Assembly: GCA_965644265.1 (NCBI GenBank)
Contig: OZ286463.1
Coordinates: forward strand, 60,388,001 to 60,452,000
From: Glycera tridactyla
Lineage: Eukaryota
DNA length: 64,000 nt
Direction: 5' to 3'
Notes under the pieces: model-generated
What the model was told of the DNA's origin: nothing
Database searches by the model: none
The model's input: the letters and a program-made list of their open reading frames with translations, nothing else
In this document: positions 48,961 to 61,359 of the stretch, piece after piece
How the letters are laid out: every line of letters begins with the position of its first letter
Position numbering within the stretch: the first letter of the stretch is position 1
Made by a program: the position numbers and the translations under genes

Positions 48961-49119
48961 TGATATATAGTTTTCCGTATATCATGTCAATCGTATGTAT
49001 CGTAACTTGCCCTGATCTGACCCCTTGATATTCATTTCTGTGATATGCTCAAACTGCATTAACGACTTGAGTGGTTGTCTTGATGAGAGATTTGGCGAGT
49101 GACTGATTGAGTGAATCAG

Positions 49120-49815
49120 AAATTCGAGGTCGGAAACAGAGATACATGAGGTCGGACACAGGGATGAATGAGGTCAGACACAGGGTTGATTGAGGGTCTA
49201 ATGAGGTCAGACACAGGAATGGATGGCATCAGGAACAGTGATGAATGAGTTTAGACACAGGAAGGGATGAGGTCGGACACAGGGATGAATGACGATAGAC
49301 GCAGAAAGGAATGAGGTCAGACACAGGTGTGGATGAGGTCAGACACAGGGTTGAATGAGATCGGACACAGGGATGAGTGAGGTCGGACACAGGGATGGAT
49401 GAGGTCAGACAGAGGAATGGATGAGGTCAGACACAGGGGTGAATGAGGTCGGACACATGGATGGATGAGGTAAGACAGAGGAATGGATGAGCTCAGACAC
49501 AGGGTCAAAAGAGGTTTGACACAGGAATGGATGGTATCAGTCAGAGTCAAAGTGAACAATGACTTCGGACACAGTGAAGGATTAGGCTGGACACAGGGTG
49601 GAAGGAAGTCAGACACCGGATGAATAGGATCAGAAACAGGAATGGACGACTTCAGATACAGGGATGGAGGTAGTCACACACGGATTGGATAGGAACAGAT
49701 GCAGGATGGATGAGATCAGACACAAAAATGGACATAAGAAACAGGAATGGATATGATCAGACACAGGAATAGATGAGATCAGACACAGGAATGGAGGAGG
49801 TCCAACACAGGGATG
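49120..49815. repeat. Diverged minisatellite of about 19-20 bp (gatgaggtcagacacagg[g/a]atg)
   Basis: More than 30 imperfect contiguous copies. Confidence 0.9.
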
Positions 49816-52800
49816 AATGTGATCAGGCATGGGACGGATAGCCGTCTGCTGGCGAGTGGCCACAGAGTGAGTGAGATTATGTATTCAATAAATGTGATGG
49901 ATGTCGTCTCTTCAGACCGACTGCCTCGTCAATTCACCGAAAATCACTGATCAGATGCTGATCACAACTCTGTACCAATTAGATTGGGTCATCTATCATG
50001 AAGATCACAACCCATGCTGAATCTCTGATTGAGTAATTATTCGTTCTTGATATCATTCCTCTTGCCAGAGCCATTTTGTATTCTATCAGAGACACAGGGA
50101 TGATGTAATAATCGAAATGGCAATGCTAAAGAAATCGGCGAGTATGATTTCAAAGGACTCAAAAGTTTCTTTGAAACAGAACACTAGTGATATAAGATCA
50201 CCATTTAGAAAGAATGCCTTTGCTCGATTGCTTTCATCCAAAGAGAACACAGACTGCACATCACTGTCATAATGTGGCACAAACCATTTTCGATCCTCAT
50301 TTGATAAATTTTGAATATCCATGGAGTGTTTCATTCCGTTCATTCAAATTTTGATGGGTTTTCATCAAGCTGAAGTGGTGTATTTTTAGATTGAGCGTTA
50401 AATATTTCATTCTGATGATGAATGAATCGATGCATTCTGATCATGCCGGAATTGATGCATTTTTATCATGTGCCGATCGATGCCTTTTTGTCATGTATCA
50501 TTTCACTTGGCACAGAAGAGGCGTCATGGATTGTTGATTCAAGTTGTTATATTCTAGCAAAATATAAATGGTATTGAGAGCTCTCAAGGAGGAAGCATGA
50601 TGACGTAAACTCAATAGCATGGATGAAGGGGAACGCGTCAGGATTGCGTCACAAAAGGAATGAATTCAATCGAGGCGACGCGATGGCGAGTGTCTAGACA
50701 GATTTCATTTCCATCTGGTCATTTATCACTCTCTTATTCACAGCTAGCATTACAAGAACACACGTTTCAGCAACATCGGTCTGATGAATGGCTTTATTTT
50801 TTCTATATCCCGTGATATTAAAGTGGTCATCTGTGAAACTTCTCACGGAAACGTTAATGGTACATACGAAAGATTTAAATTGTGAATGGGATAATACGTA
50901 GGTTGAGATACATTCACACCTCCTAACCCATGCCCTGTGAGTGTGCACAATTGAACAATCTTGGTGAAGAATAATTCTCCTGCCTCACTGGAAACTGATT
51001 GAATGTGGCGACCTCAATCGCGAGGTAGAAACGTACACACAGTATGTGAAAAGTTGATCATAGAGATACAAGTTAATTGCAAAAGCGAGAGATTTGGATA
51101 GTCTTCTTTAATGAAGTGGACTTCATCTCATTGAATTATCTGGACGATTACCTCAAATAGAAAAGATTATGAAGAAGCGCAGTCCTCAATATCATTTAAG
51201 TTGATATTTGCTGATTGGATTATTGGGAACCTTTACTTTGTTTCGTTCTCAATGAACAGTAATCTTGCTTGTTCGACGTAAAAAAAACTCATCCCAAAAG
51301 AATTGTGATATAAAAGCTCAAAGAACACATGAAGAAGATTGGAGAAGTTCATGGTGGATTTGGTACAATCATGTATTTTCTGACACGATTTCATATTTAG
51401 GTAATACCAACACGCAAGCTCCAGTTTATCCCATATGATTATATCACATTGTGAGCCAATTGAGCTTGAATTTCAACATCTTTATTTTCACCCACGGGAG
51501 GGGGGTCAGAGACCATGTCTTCTATGACATGGATCACTTTTTTTTCGCTCGTATTTTGACATGATAAGGCTCGTTCCTTGTGTACGAATACATGCACCCC
51601 ACGGAGACAGAAAAAGGAAAAGTGCATGCTTGATACAGCTAAATAATAGTAAAAGAAACTACTCCAGTGGGAAATCAAATCCCGTGGTTGATACAGCAGT
51701 TATGTAATACAAAATCTAATGTGACGTCGAAGAAGCCACAGCCACTTGTCAAGCAGTCAAGGGGCAAACAGAATATTGGGATTTGATATCAAAATTACCT
51801 TGCGATGTAATCCTTTTAGCATTACCCTCTTCAAAGGCAATTGAAACAGACACTTTTATGTATCTGTCAACCAATGTCTGGCAAATGAAAGGATTACTAA
51901 AGGAACACAATCACCAGTAGAAATATGTGAATTGTGCTTGAAAAGTGTGCATTGAAACCAGATCATATGATACATTGATATTGCAGGATTTCAATGGAGG
52001 AACTGAAGTGGCAAGGACAATGTATTCTCAATATCAATTATGTCACTGAATACATGGCACCAAGATATAACAAATAACTTCATGATGGATCACCAACCAG
52101 ACATTCTATGAACGGTTGTAGTCAGTTTCATTTTCCAAGTTTATCAGAATTATGTCAACCGAAAACCAGTGAAGACTGGTACAATGGTAAATCACAGCGC
52201 TTGTTTATTACATATTTTGTCACAATTCTAATCCTAAAATCACAAAATCTATGAAAAGAGGTCGAACTTTCATGTGGCTTTTCCAAATCTTTCACTTCCA
52301 TTGTATAACAAGTTTGTAACCACTCCACTGCCGAACAACAAGAAATCCGTTGCTAGCCTACACAAGTAATAGCTTGGCCATCACGAATTAGCAACCACAA
52401 AAATAGTTCCTTGGGAGATGATTAGTCAAGAATCAAAATTGGTAAGGATAAAACTACTTCTGCCATTGAGGTCGTCCGCAGCACAGGTATGTGGATCATT
52501 TGAAATGGCTCAGCATAATCGTTGATGATAACAAAGGATCAGGCGACCGAAGTATTTAGTGCAGTTTTTCTCGACTTGTTGAGATGGGTGAGATACAGTA
52601 CCTCGCAGTTCCTCAACGTATGGCTGATGTTTATCATATCATATATGATAAACATGAGAACTCGAAACATGAGAATGAATTTGATGATTCAGCACTTGTT
52701 CATTCAGGCACAGTGGCCTTGCTTTCTTGAGAATGCTGCTTTTCTATTCTATTTTCGGTGAATGCTTCACAACAAGTATTACAACAGGTCGACAGTGACG

Positions 52801-53604
52801 TGCTTGGAGAGAGAAACTCGATAAAAATTAGAAAACCTGACGCGGACTTTCTTGGTAGAGGCGAAATTCATCTCACGATACGCGTGTCTGCTGAAGAGTG
52901 GCTTTGGAGAACTTGATGCATTCTTCATGAAAAACTATCCCATATTTTTGTTCCAAGAGGAAGACAAGCATGATCTTAGTTATCTTGCGAATTGAACATT
53001 CAGTAAATACCTGATTGCAACTCATCTGTCATGTGAGTATCTACAAATCCATGTATTGCTCGGGTTTCTTATTCAGAATCATGTATATGCGGGTGTATGA
53101 CAATTCATTTTGAAGGGCATGGGGTTCTCCATTGATGAGGTCAAAATTGTGGTGTTCTTTCTTCACAATAAGTTTCATCGACTGAAAAATTCACACTCTC
53201 TCATTGGGAGAGTGTGTTGGTCTTGTCACTCTCCCAGAAAACAATCCTCTCTCCTTGGGAATCGGAGGAGTGCCTAAATTTGAAGACTGTTGCTGAATTG
53301 ATGCTACAAATAATTAATTTGCGAGTTGATGCCTCAATAGAGCACGTGCCTACTTATGAATCGCCACTTGGTAAGTAGAATCAATCGATTTAATATTTTT
53401 TTTGAGTTTTATCAACTACTAATGAATGATCATTCACAAGCAGGTTTATATCACGAGTACCAAAGTACCAATCATCATAATCACTAGCAATGTGTCATAC
53501 ATAAGAAAAAGACTGCAGTGGAAGCTGTGGTGATGTCTTTTGCTAAATATCCGGTGGTTGCATGTGTTTTCCGCCATATTATTGTCATAGGTAATTGGCT
53601 CGCG

Positions 53605-54124
53605 AAATAATGCCTCAATCAAGCTCCACCTACATGGGTATCGCATGTCCCGTTATAGAAGCATTTGTCTCCTACACCTCTCAAGCAGAGATAATGCACA
53701 CAGGCCAAATTGAATATGGTCATGTTAGAAACAAATGTGTAAGATGTAACAAGCTCATGAAAACATGGTAATAATAAGTTCATATCGTGTGAAAACTATC
53801 CATACTGCATATTTGATTGGCTTGTTATTTCATCCAATTAGGCATATTTAATGCGAAGCAGTGTAGGGAGTTGCACATATCCTGTGCAACCTGTGAAACC
53901 ATCTTCAAATCTGTGGGCCATCGAATGTGATAATCAAGCCTTGATCATAAATTGTGTTTTTCAGAAAATGTTTCTGATTAGACTCAAGTGACAGGTCATA
54001 ATGAACATCAACATTGTCAAAGGGATTAACATTACCACCAAGCTGTTGACAGATGATTAATGACTCATTCCATGAACAATGCTTCATTCTATTCTAATTA
54101 GCTTGATATCCGTCTTCATGTGAG
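53605..54124 (+). repeat. Diverged direct duplication of 1-513
   Basis: Same colinear matches as listed for 1-513. Confidence 0.9.
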
Positions 54125-54575
54125 CCCTGAGCAAGGAACTTCAAACGAAGCAACACTAATCAGATGGTCANNNNNNNNNNNNNNNNNNNNNNNNNNNNNN
54201 NNNNNNNNNNNNNNNNNNNNNNNNNNNNNNNNNNNNNNNNNNNNNNNNNNNNNNNNNNNNNNNNNNNNNNNNNNNNNNNNNNNNNNNNNNNNNNNNNNNN
54301 NNNNNNNNNNNNNNNNNNNNNNNNNNNNNNNNNNNNNNNNNNNNNNNNNNNNNNNNNNNNNNNNNNNNNNNNNNNNNNNNNNNNNNNNNNNNNNNNNNNN
54401 NNNNNNNNNNNNNNNNNNNNNNNNNNNNNNNNNNNNNNNNNNNNNNNNNNNNNNNNNNNNNNNNNNNNNNNNNNNNNNNNNNNNNNNNNNNNNNNNNNNN
54501 NNNNNNNNNNNNNNNNNNNNNNNNNNNNNNNNNNNNNNNNNNNNNNNNNNNNNNNNNNNNNNNNNNNNNNNNNNN

Positions 54576-54960
54576 TCCATCTATCGATCCGTCCGTCCGT
54601 CAGTCCGTCCGTCCGTCCGTCCGTCCGTCCGTCCGTCCGTCCGTCCGTCCGTTCTCACATTTGGTATCTTACGTGGTAGTTTGTTGGTACAACCATGTCT
54701 TAGGAGGTACTTTTGGCTTAAGTGGTCGACCACTTAGGACCTATGATTTTGATGTGTACAATCAATTCCTCAGGGGTAGAGGATCACATTTTTGTAAAAC
54801 CACCCAACTCTTGGACTCATGGACAGATTCCCTAAATTGTCCATCAAAATGTCCATCGTATGGACACCCCAGGCAATGCTGCCATCTAGTGTTGATCTTC
54901 CACTGGAGGTCCTTTTGGCTTGAGTGGTCGACCACCTAAGATGGACATCACTATAAACAA
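54576..54960. mobile_element. (CCGT)n-headed repeat with palindrome, HINE/DINE-1-like
   Basis: (CCGT)n at about 54590-54650, an 18-bp palindrome taagtggtcgaccactta (54719-54736) and a second degenerate copy at about 54905-54940. Confidence 0.4.
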
Positions 54961-55489
54961 TTGAACATGTCATCTGGTGGAAACACATTGCTCAGCCTCA
55001 TTCTGATGTCAGCCAGCAACATGGAGGGAGCAACAAGCAGCACTGTAAGTAGGATTGTCATACAATATTCTTGAAGAGATACCTAACCTTTCATGGTGTC
55101 TCCAACAGCAATAATGTCCTATGTGTTTGTGGACACCATTGTATGGAGAATGTGTTCTGATAGTTGTTCTGAGTTTGGTATTGATTGCCATTCCCTCTAT
55201 TATCACTCATCCATGAACTCTCATGGGTGTGAGATGTGACTGACACTACTTTGAATGCAGCCGATGCCTTAAATGAATTCTCAGTCATGTGGAGCTATCC
55301 ATTATGGGACAGGTAAAATTTGTACTTGTGTGGAAAGCTGGAAAAAGACTACAGAAAATGGCAAGGTTGTCCATGGCCTGGGTGATTCAGGCATCAGGTA
55401 TGTCCATTTCTTTGCTGTTTGTGTATACAGTGCTGTCCATAACCTGTGCGGTTATATGCACATTTCCATGTGCCTGGCAAAATACAGCA

Positions 55490-58045
55490 TCCATCTAGCT
55501 CATGGTTATGGAATATTTCAAGTCATAGACAATGCTTGCATATCCACCTAGGCTTTGGATGGAATGCTCAGACAGACATGTTGTCTTCGATTCACCACTG
55601 AAGATACGGACATGCAATCACCTTGGATATGGACATGAAATAATAGTCTATCCACCTAGGCTATGGATGGAATGCTTCGACATAAGTTGTCCGTAATTTT
55701 CCACTCGGGATATGGACAGGCGACCACCCAGGATATGGACATGAAATACTAGACTATCCATCAAGGGTGAGACAGATATGTCATCTTTGATTCACCACTG
55801 AGGATGAAAATATGCAACCACCTTGGCTATGGACATTAAATACTAACCACCTAGTCTATGGATGAAATGCTCGGACAGATATGATGCCCTTGATTTTCCA
55901 CTGAGGATGTGGACATGCAACCACTCAGATGATAGACACTTAGTACTACCCAGCCAAGATTTGGATGAAATGCATGGACAGATATTTCATCTTTGAATTT
56001 TCCACTGAGGATATGGACATGCCATCACCTTGGCTATGGACATGAAATACTAGACTATCCACCTAGGCTATGGATAAAATCCTCAGATGCATATGTTTTC
56101 CTTGATTTACCACTGACATGTAACCACTTAGACAATGGACACCTAGTACTATCCACCTGAGCTATGGACAAATGCATGAGACAGATACTTTCTCTTTGAT
56201 TCTTTAACTGATGATATAGACATGCAATCACTTTGGCTATGGACATGAAATAATAGTCTATCCACCTAGGCTATGGTCTAGTTGTTCAGAAAGACATGCT
56301 CTCTTTGATTCACCACTGAGGATATGGACATGCAATCACCTTGGATATGGATGTGAAATACTAGGCTATCCACCTAGGCTATGGATGGAATGCTTGGACA
56401 TGAGTTGTGTGTCATTCTCCACTCATGATATGGACAAGTTACCACCCAGGATAGGGACATGAAATACTAGACTATCCTTCAAGGGTCAGACAGATATGTC
56501 ATCTTTGATCATCACTGAGGATATAAATATGCAACCACCTTGGCAATGGACACTAGATACTATCCACCTAGTCTATGGATGAAATGCTTAGACAGATATG
56601 ATGCCCTCGATTTTCCACAGAGGATGTAGACATGCAACCACTTAGATGATGGACCCTTAGTACTATCCACCCAAGCTATGGATGGAATTCATGGACAGAT
56701 ATTTTCTCTTTGATTTTTCCACTGAGGATATGGACATGCCATCACCTTGGCTATGGACATGAAATACTAGACAATCCACCCAGGCTATGGATGAAATCCT
56801 CAGATGCATATGTTTTCCTTGATGTACCACTGACATGTAACCACTTAGACGATGGACGCTTAGTACTATCCACCTGAGCTATAGACATTCCCAAACCCGG
56901 TACCAACTGCATCATAACCCAAGACTGCGATACCACCTATATTACAATTTGTGAGATCAATACCAAATATCTAACACTAGATGATTCCTTCTGATGGTCT
57001 GGTGATGATGAGGGATGTTTCAGCATGATTCATGATCATAAATATTGATTTGAGGTACAAGTTGGCCATTTTCGTCCAACTTTTGCCTCCAAATCAATGT
57101 TGATTCAGAAAAAGCCCTAAGTTTGATTCCTTCTCATTCATCTATGATCATGACCAGGTCAGCCAAACTTTACCAAAATCTATCCAATTACATCTGTGAA
57201 TATGAGTCACCCCACCCTCAAACAGCCATATTTTTAGCATTTCACGAAATAACCATATCTATGGAAGTAAATGACTTGGAAAGTCGGTCTTTGTGGCTAT
57301 ATCAAGGCAGACATGAAAACGTATGCGTATGGACAGACAATGACTGCTCAGGAAAATGTAGGTTATGGATAAAATGTTCATTCAGATCTATTGTCCTTCA
57401 TTTACAAGTGAGGATGTGTTCATGACAGTACGTGGGCTAGGGAGATGAGAAACTATGCTATCCACCTGAGCTATGGATAAATTGCTCAGACAGATCTATT
57501 GAGCTTGACTAACCAGGATATGGAATTGCATCCACCTCAACTATGGACATGAAATACTCTGCTATCCACCTGGATTATGGATGAAATACTGATTTTCCAC
57601 TGAAGATATAGACATGCAACCTTCCAGGCTATGGACATGGAATCAAGGCAATCCACCTAGACTATGGATGAAATGCTCGGACAGATATGTTGTCCTTGAG
57701 TTTCCACTGAGTTGTGTACATGTGACCACCTGGGCTATGGACATGAAATACTATGCCATCCACCTACATGGATTAAATGCTCAGACAGATATGGAGTCTT
57801 CAATCCACGACCAAGGATAAGGACATGCAACCACCAAGGCTATGAACACAAAATACTATCCACCTAGGCTATGGATAAAATGCTCAGACAGATATGCTGG
57901 CTTTGATTCACCACTGAGGATGTGGACATGCAACCACCTGGGCTATAGACTCAAAATATCATCCATCTAGGCTCAGACAGATACGGAGTTTTCAATCCAC
58001 CACTGAGTATAAGGACATGCAACCACCAAGGCTATGAACACAAAA
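55490..58045. repeat. Diverged tandem repeat of about 108 bp with an approximately 720-bp higher-order period; interrupted at about 56880-57330
   Basis: Unit ccacctaggctatggatgaaatgctcagacagatat...ccactgaggatatggacatgcaaccaccttggctatggacatgaaatactagactat. Distinct unit variants recur at 55681 and about 56400. Confidence 0.9.
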
Positions 58046-58371
58046 TACTGCGAAAATCATGACTTTCTGGAACTTAATTCCATCTTAATTTCATTTTCCA
58101 GAGATGCTGAACCAAAGTAGGAGAAAAAAAAGACCTAGTCACTTGAAGACTTCGAGATAGGCTATCAAGTGATATTTTGCATTTTGGCATCTTTTTGCAA
58201 CAGTCAACTAACACAAAATGATGCCGAATACGAAATGATGCCAAGAGATTCACACAGCCACCTGAAATCTCCTTCTCATGGTGATGATGAGGACAATGAC
58301 GGTGACACCGGTGATGATGACCTAGAAGACAATGATGCTAACAAAGCCCGCTAAATTCCATAAGATGTTCA

Positions 58372-61105
58372 GTCATTCTGTCAGTCAGTCAGTCATTCAG
58401 TCGTTTAGTCATTCAGCCAGTCAGTTAGCTAGTCAGTTAGTCAGGCAGTCAGTCAGTCAGTCAGTGAATTAGTCAGTCAGTCTTTCAGTCAGTCAGTCCT
58501 TCAGTCGTTCAGTCAGTCAGTCAATCAGTAAGATTGTTTAGTCATTCAGCCAGTCAGTCAGTAAGTCAGTCGGTCAGTCAGTCAGTTGTCAGCCAGTCAA
58601 TGGGTCCTTCAGCTGTTCAGTCAGTCAGTCAGTCTATCAGTCAGTTAGTCAGTTGTTCAGTCATCAAGTTATTCATTCAGTCGTTCAGTCAGTCAATCAG
58701 TCAGTCAGTCACTCAATCAATCGTTTAGTCATTCAGCCAGTCAGTCAGTACGTCAGTCTGTCAGTCAGTCAGGTGTCAGTCAGTCAATGCTTCCTTCAGC
58801 TGTTCAGTCAGTCAGTCAGTCTATCAGTCAGTAAGTCAGTTGTTCAGTCATCGAGTTATTCATTCAGTCGTTCAGTCAGTCAGTCAATCAGTAAGATATT
58901 CAGTCATTCTGTCTGTTGGTCAGTCATTCAGTCGTTTAGCCATTCAGCTCGTCAGTCAGCTAGTCAGTTAGTCAGTCAGTCGGTCAGTAAATTAGTCAGT
59001 CAGTCTTTCAGTCATTCAGTCAGTTGATTATTCCATCGGTCAGTCTATCGGTCAGAAATTTAGTCTATCAGTCAGTCATTCAGTCGTTCAGTCAGTCATT
59101 CAGTTGTCCAGTCAGTCAGTCCTTCAGTCAGTTATTCAGTCAGTTGTTCAGTCAGTTGTTCAGTCATTCAGGCAGTCATTTAGTCAGTCGTTCAGTCAGT
59201 CAGTCAGTCAGTCATTCAGTTAGTCGTTCAGTAAGTCAGTCAATCAGTGATATGTTCTGTCATTCAGTCATTTAGTCATTCAGCCAGTCAGTCAGCTGGT
59301 CGGTTAGTCAGTCAGTCAGTCAGTCAGTAAATTAGTCAGTCAGTCTTTCAGTCATTCAGTCAGTTGATTATTCCATCGGTCAGTCTATCGGTCAGAAATT
59401 TAGTCTATCAGTCAGTCATTCAGTCGTTCAGTCAGTCATTCAGTTGTCCCGTCAGTCAGTCCTTCAGTCAGTTATTCAGTCAGTTGTTCAGTCAGTTGTT
59501 CAGTCATTCAGGCAGTTATTCAGTCGGTCGTTCAGTCGGTCGTTCAGTCAGTCAGTCATTCAGTTAGTCGTTCAGTAAGTCAGTCAATCAGTGATATGTT
59601 CTGTCATTCAGTCATTTAGTCATTCAGCCAGTCAGTCAGCTGGTCGGTTAGTCAGTCAGTCAGTCAGTCAGTAAATTAGTCAGTCAGTCTTTCAGTCATT
59701 CAGTCAGTTGATTATTCCATCGGTCAGTCTATCAGTCAGAAATTTAGTCTATCAGTCAGTCATTCAGTCGTTCAGTCAGTCATTCAGTTGTCCCGTCAGT
59801 CAGTCCTTCAGTCAGTTATTCAGTCAGTTGTTCAGTCAGTTGTTCAGTCATTCAGGCAGTTATTCAGTCAGTCGTTCAGTCAGTCAGTCAGTCAGTCATT
59901 CAGTTAGTCGTTCAGTAAGTCAGTCAATCAGTGATATGTTCTGTCATTCAGTCGTTTAGTCATTCAGCCAGTCAGTCAGCTGGTCGGTTAGTCAGTCAGT
60001 CAGTCAGTCAGTAAATTAGTCAGTCAGTCTTTCAGTCATTCAGTCAGTTGATTATTCCATCGGTCAGTCTATCAGTCAGAAATTTAGTCTATCAGTCAGT
60101 CATTCAGTCGTTCAGTCAGTCATTCAGTTGTCCCGTCAGTCAGTCCTTCAGTCAGTTATTCAGTCAGTTGTTCAGTCAGTTGTTCAGTCATTCAGGCAGT
60201 TATTCAGTCAGTCGTTCAGTCAGTCAGTCAGTCAGTCATTCAGTTAGTCGTTCAGTAAGTCAGTCAATCAGTGATATGTTCTGTCATTCAGTCATTTAGT
60301 CATTCAGCCAGTCAGTCAGCTGGTCGGTTAGTCAGTCAGTCAGTCAGTCAGTAAATTAGTCAGTCAGTCTTTCAGTCATTCAGTCAGTTGATTATTCCAT
60401 CGGTCAGTCTATCAGTCAGAAATTTAGTCTATCAGTCAGTCATTCAGTCGTTCAGTCAGTCATTCAGTTGTCCCGTCAGTCAGTCCTTCAGTCAGTTATT
60501 CAGTCAGTTGTTCAGTCAGTTGTTCAGTCATTCAGGCAGTTATTCAGTCAGTCGTTCAGTCAGTCAGTCAGTCAGTCATTCAGTTAGTCGTTCAGTAAGT
60601 CAGTCAATCAGTGATATGTTCTGTCATTCAGTCGTTTAGTCATTCAGCCAGTCAGTCAGCTGGTCGGTTAGTCAGTCAGTCAGTCAGTCAGTAAATTAGT
60701 CAGTCAGTCTTTCAGTCATTCAGTCAGTTGATTATTCCATCGGTCAGTCTATCAGTCAGAAATTTAGTCTATCAGTCAGTCATTCAGTCGTTCAGTCAGT
60801 CATTCAGTTGTCCCGTCAGTCAGTCCTTCAGTCAGTTATTCAGTCAGTTGTTCAGTCAGTTGTTCAGTCATTTAGTCAGTCGTTCAGTCAGTCAGTCAGT
60901 CATTCAGTTAGTCGTTCAGTAAGTCAGTCAATCAGTGATATGTTCTGTCATTCAGTCGTTTAGTCATTCAGCCAGTCAGTCAGCTGGTCGGTTAGTCAGT
61001 CAGTCAGTAGATTAGTCAGTCAGTCAGTCTCTCAGTCAGTCAGCCAGCCAGTCAGTCAGTCAATCAGTCGTTCAGTCAATCAGTCGTTCTGTCAATCAGT
61101 CGTTC
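58372..61105. repeat. (CAGT)n-derived satellite containing about 6 near-identical 340-bp higher-order units
   Basis: The marker ttgattattccatcggtcagtctatc recurs at 59024, 59364, 59708, 60048, 60388 and 60728 (spacings 340, 344, 340, 340, 340). Confidence 0.95.
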
Positions 61106-61130
61106 ACCCCTTCTATCTTATTTTCTCTAG

Positions 61131-61325
61131 GTCCTGTAAGTGATGTTGACATTCTACAGTCCATTCTCGTCAGCAGTGAGGATACAACGCCAAAATGACG
61201 TCAGTGAAGAATGGCAGGCTTGGCAGTGCTTCGCTGTTGATTGTGTCACAGTCTTCTCTGTCCAGCCTGACGCCCAACTGACGTCAGAAACCAACATCAA
61301 CTACATATCACTCTCAACGTTCAAG
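61131..61325 (+). pseudogene. Isolated exon resembling the usherin/laminin N-terminal (LamNT) domain, with an in-frame stop
   Basis: Acceptor ttctatcttattttctctag|GTC and donor AAG|gtcagt bound 195 bp. Translation VL*VMLTFYSPFSSAVRIQRQNDVSEEWQAWQCFAVDC..VF...LTSETNINYISLSTFK resembles the recalled usherin segment VFYIIIQFFSP..IRIQR...W.DWQYFARNC..F...VNCLQLS. Confidence 0.65.
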
Positions 61326-61359
61326 GTCAGTTTACAGATGAAACGGAATCCTAGACATT

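Noticed and set aside
50086-50343. 85-aa minus-strand ORF (…WFVPHYDSDVQSVF…)
   Set aside because: Plausibly an exon, but I found no recognisable family or convincing splice sites.
49120-61105. Regular repeat arrays as possible CRISPR arrays
   Set aside because: Units are contiguous and degenerate with no unique spacers, and there are no cas genes.
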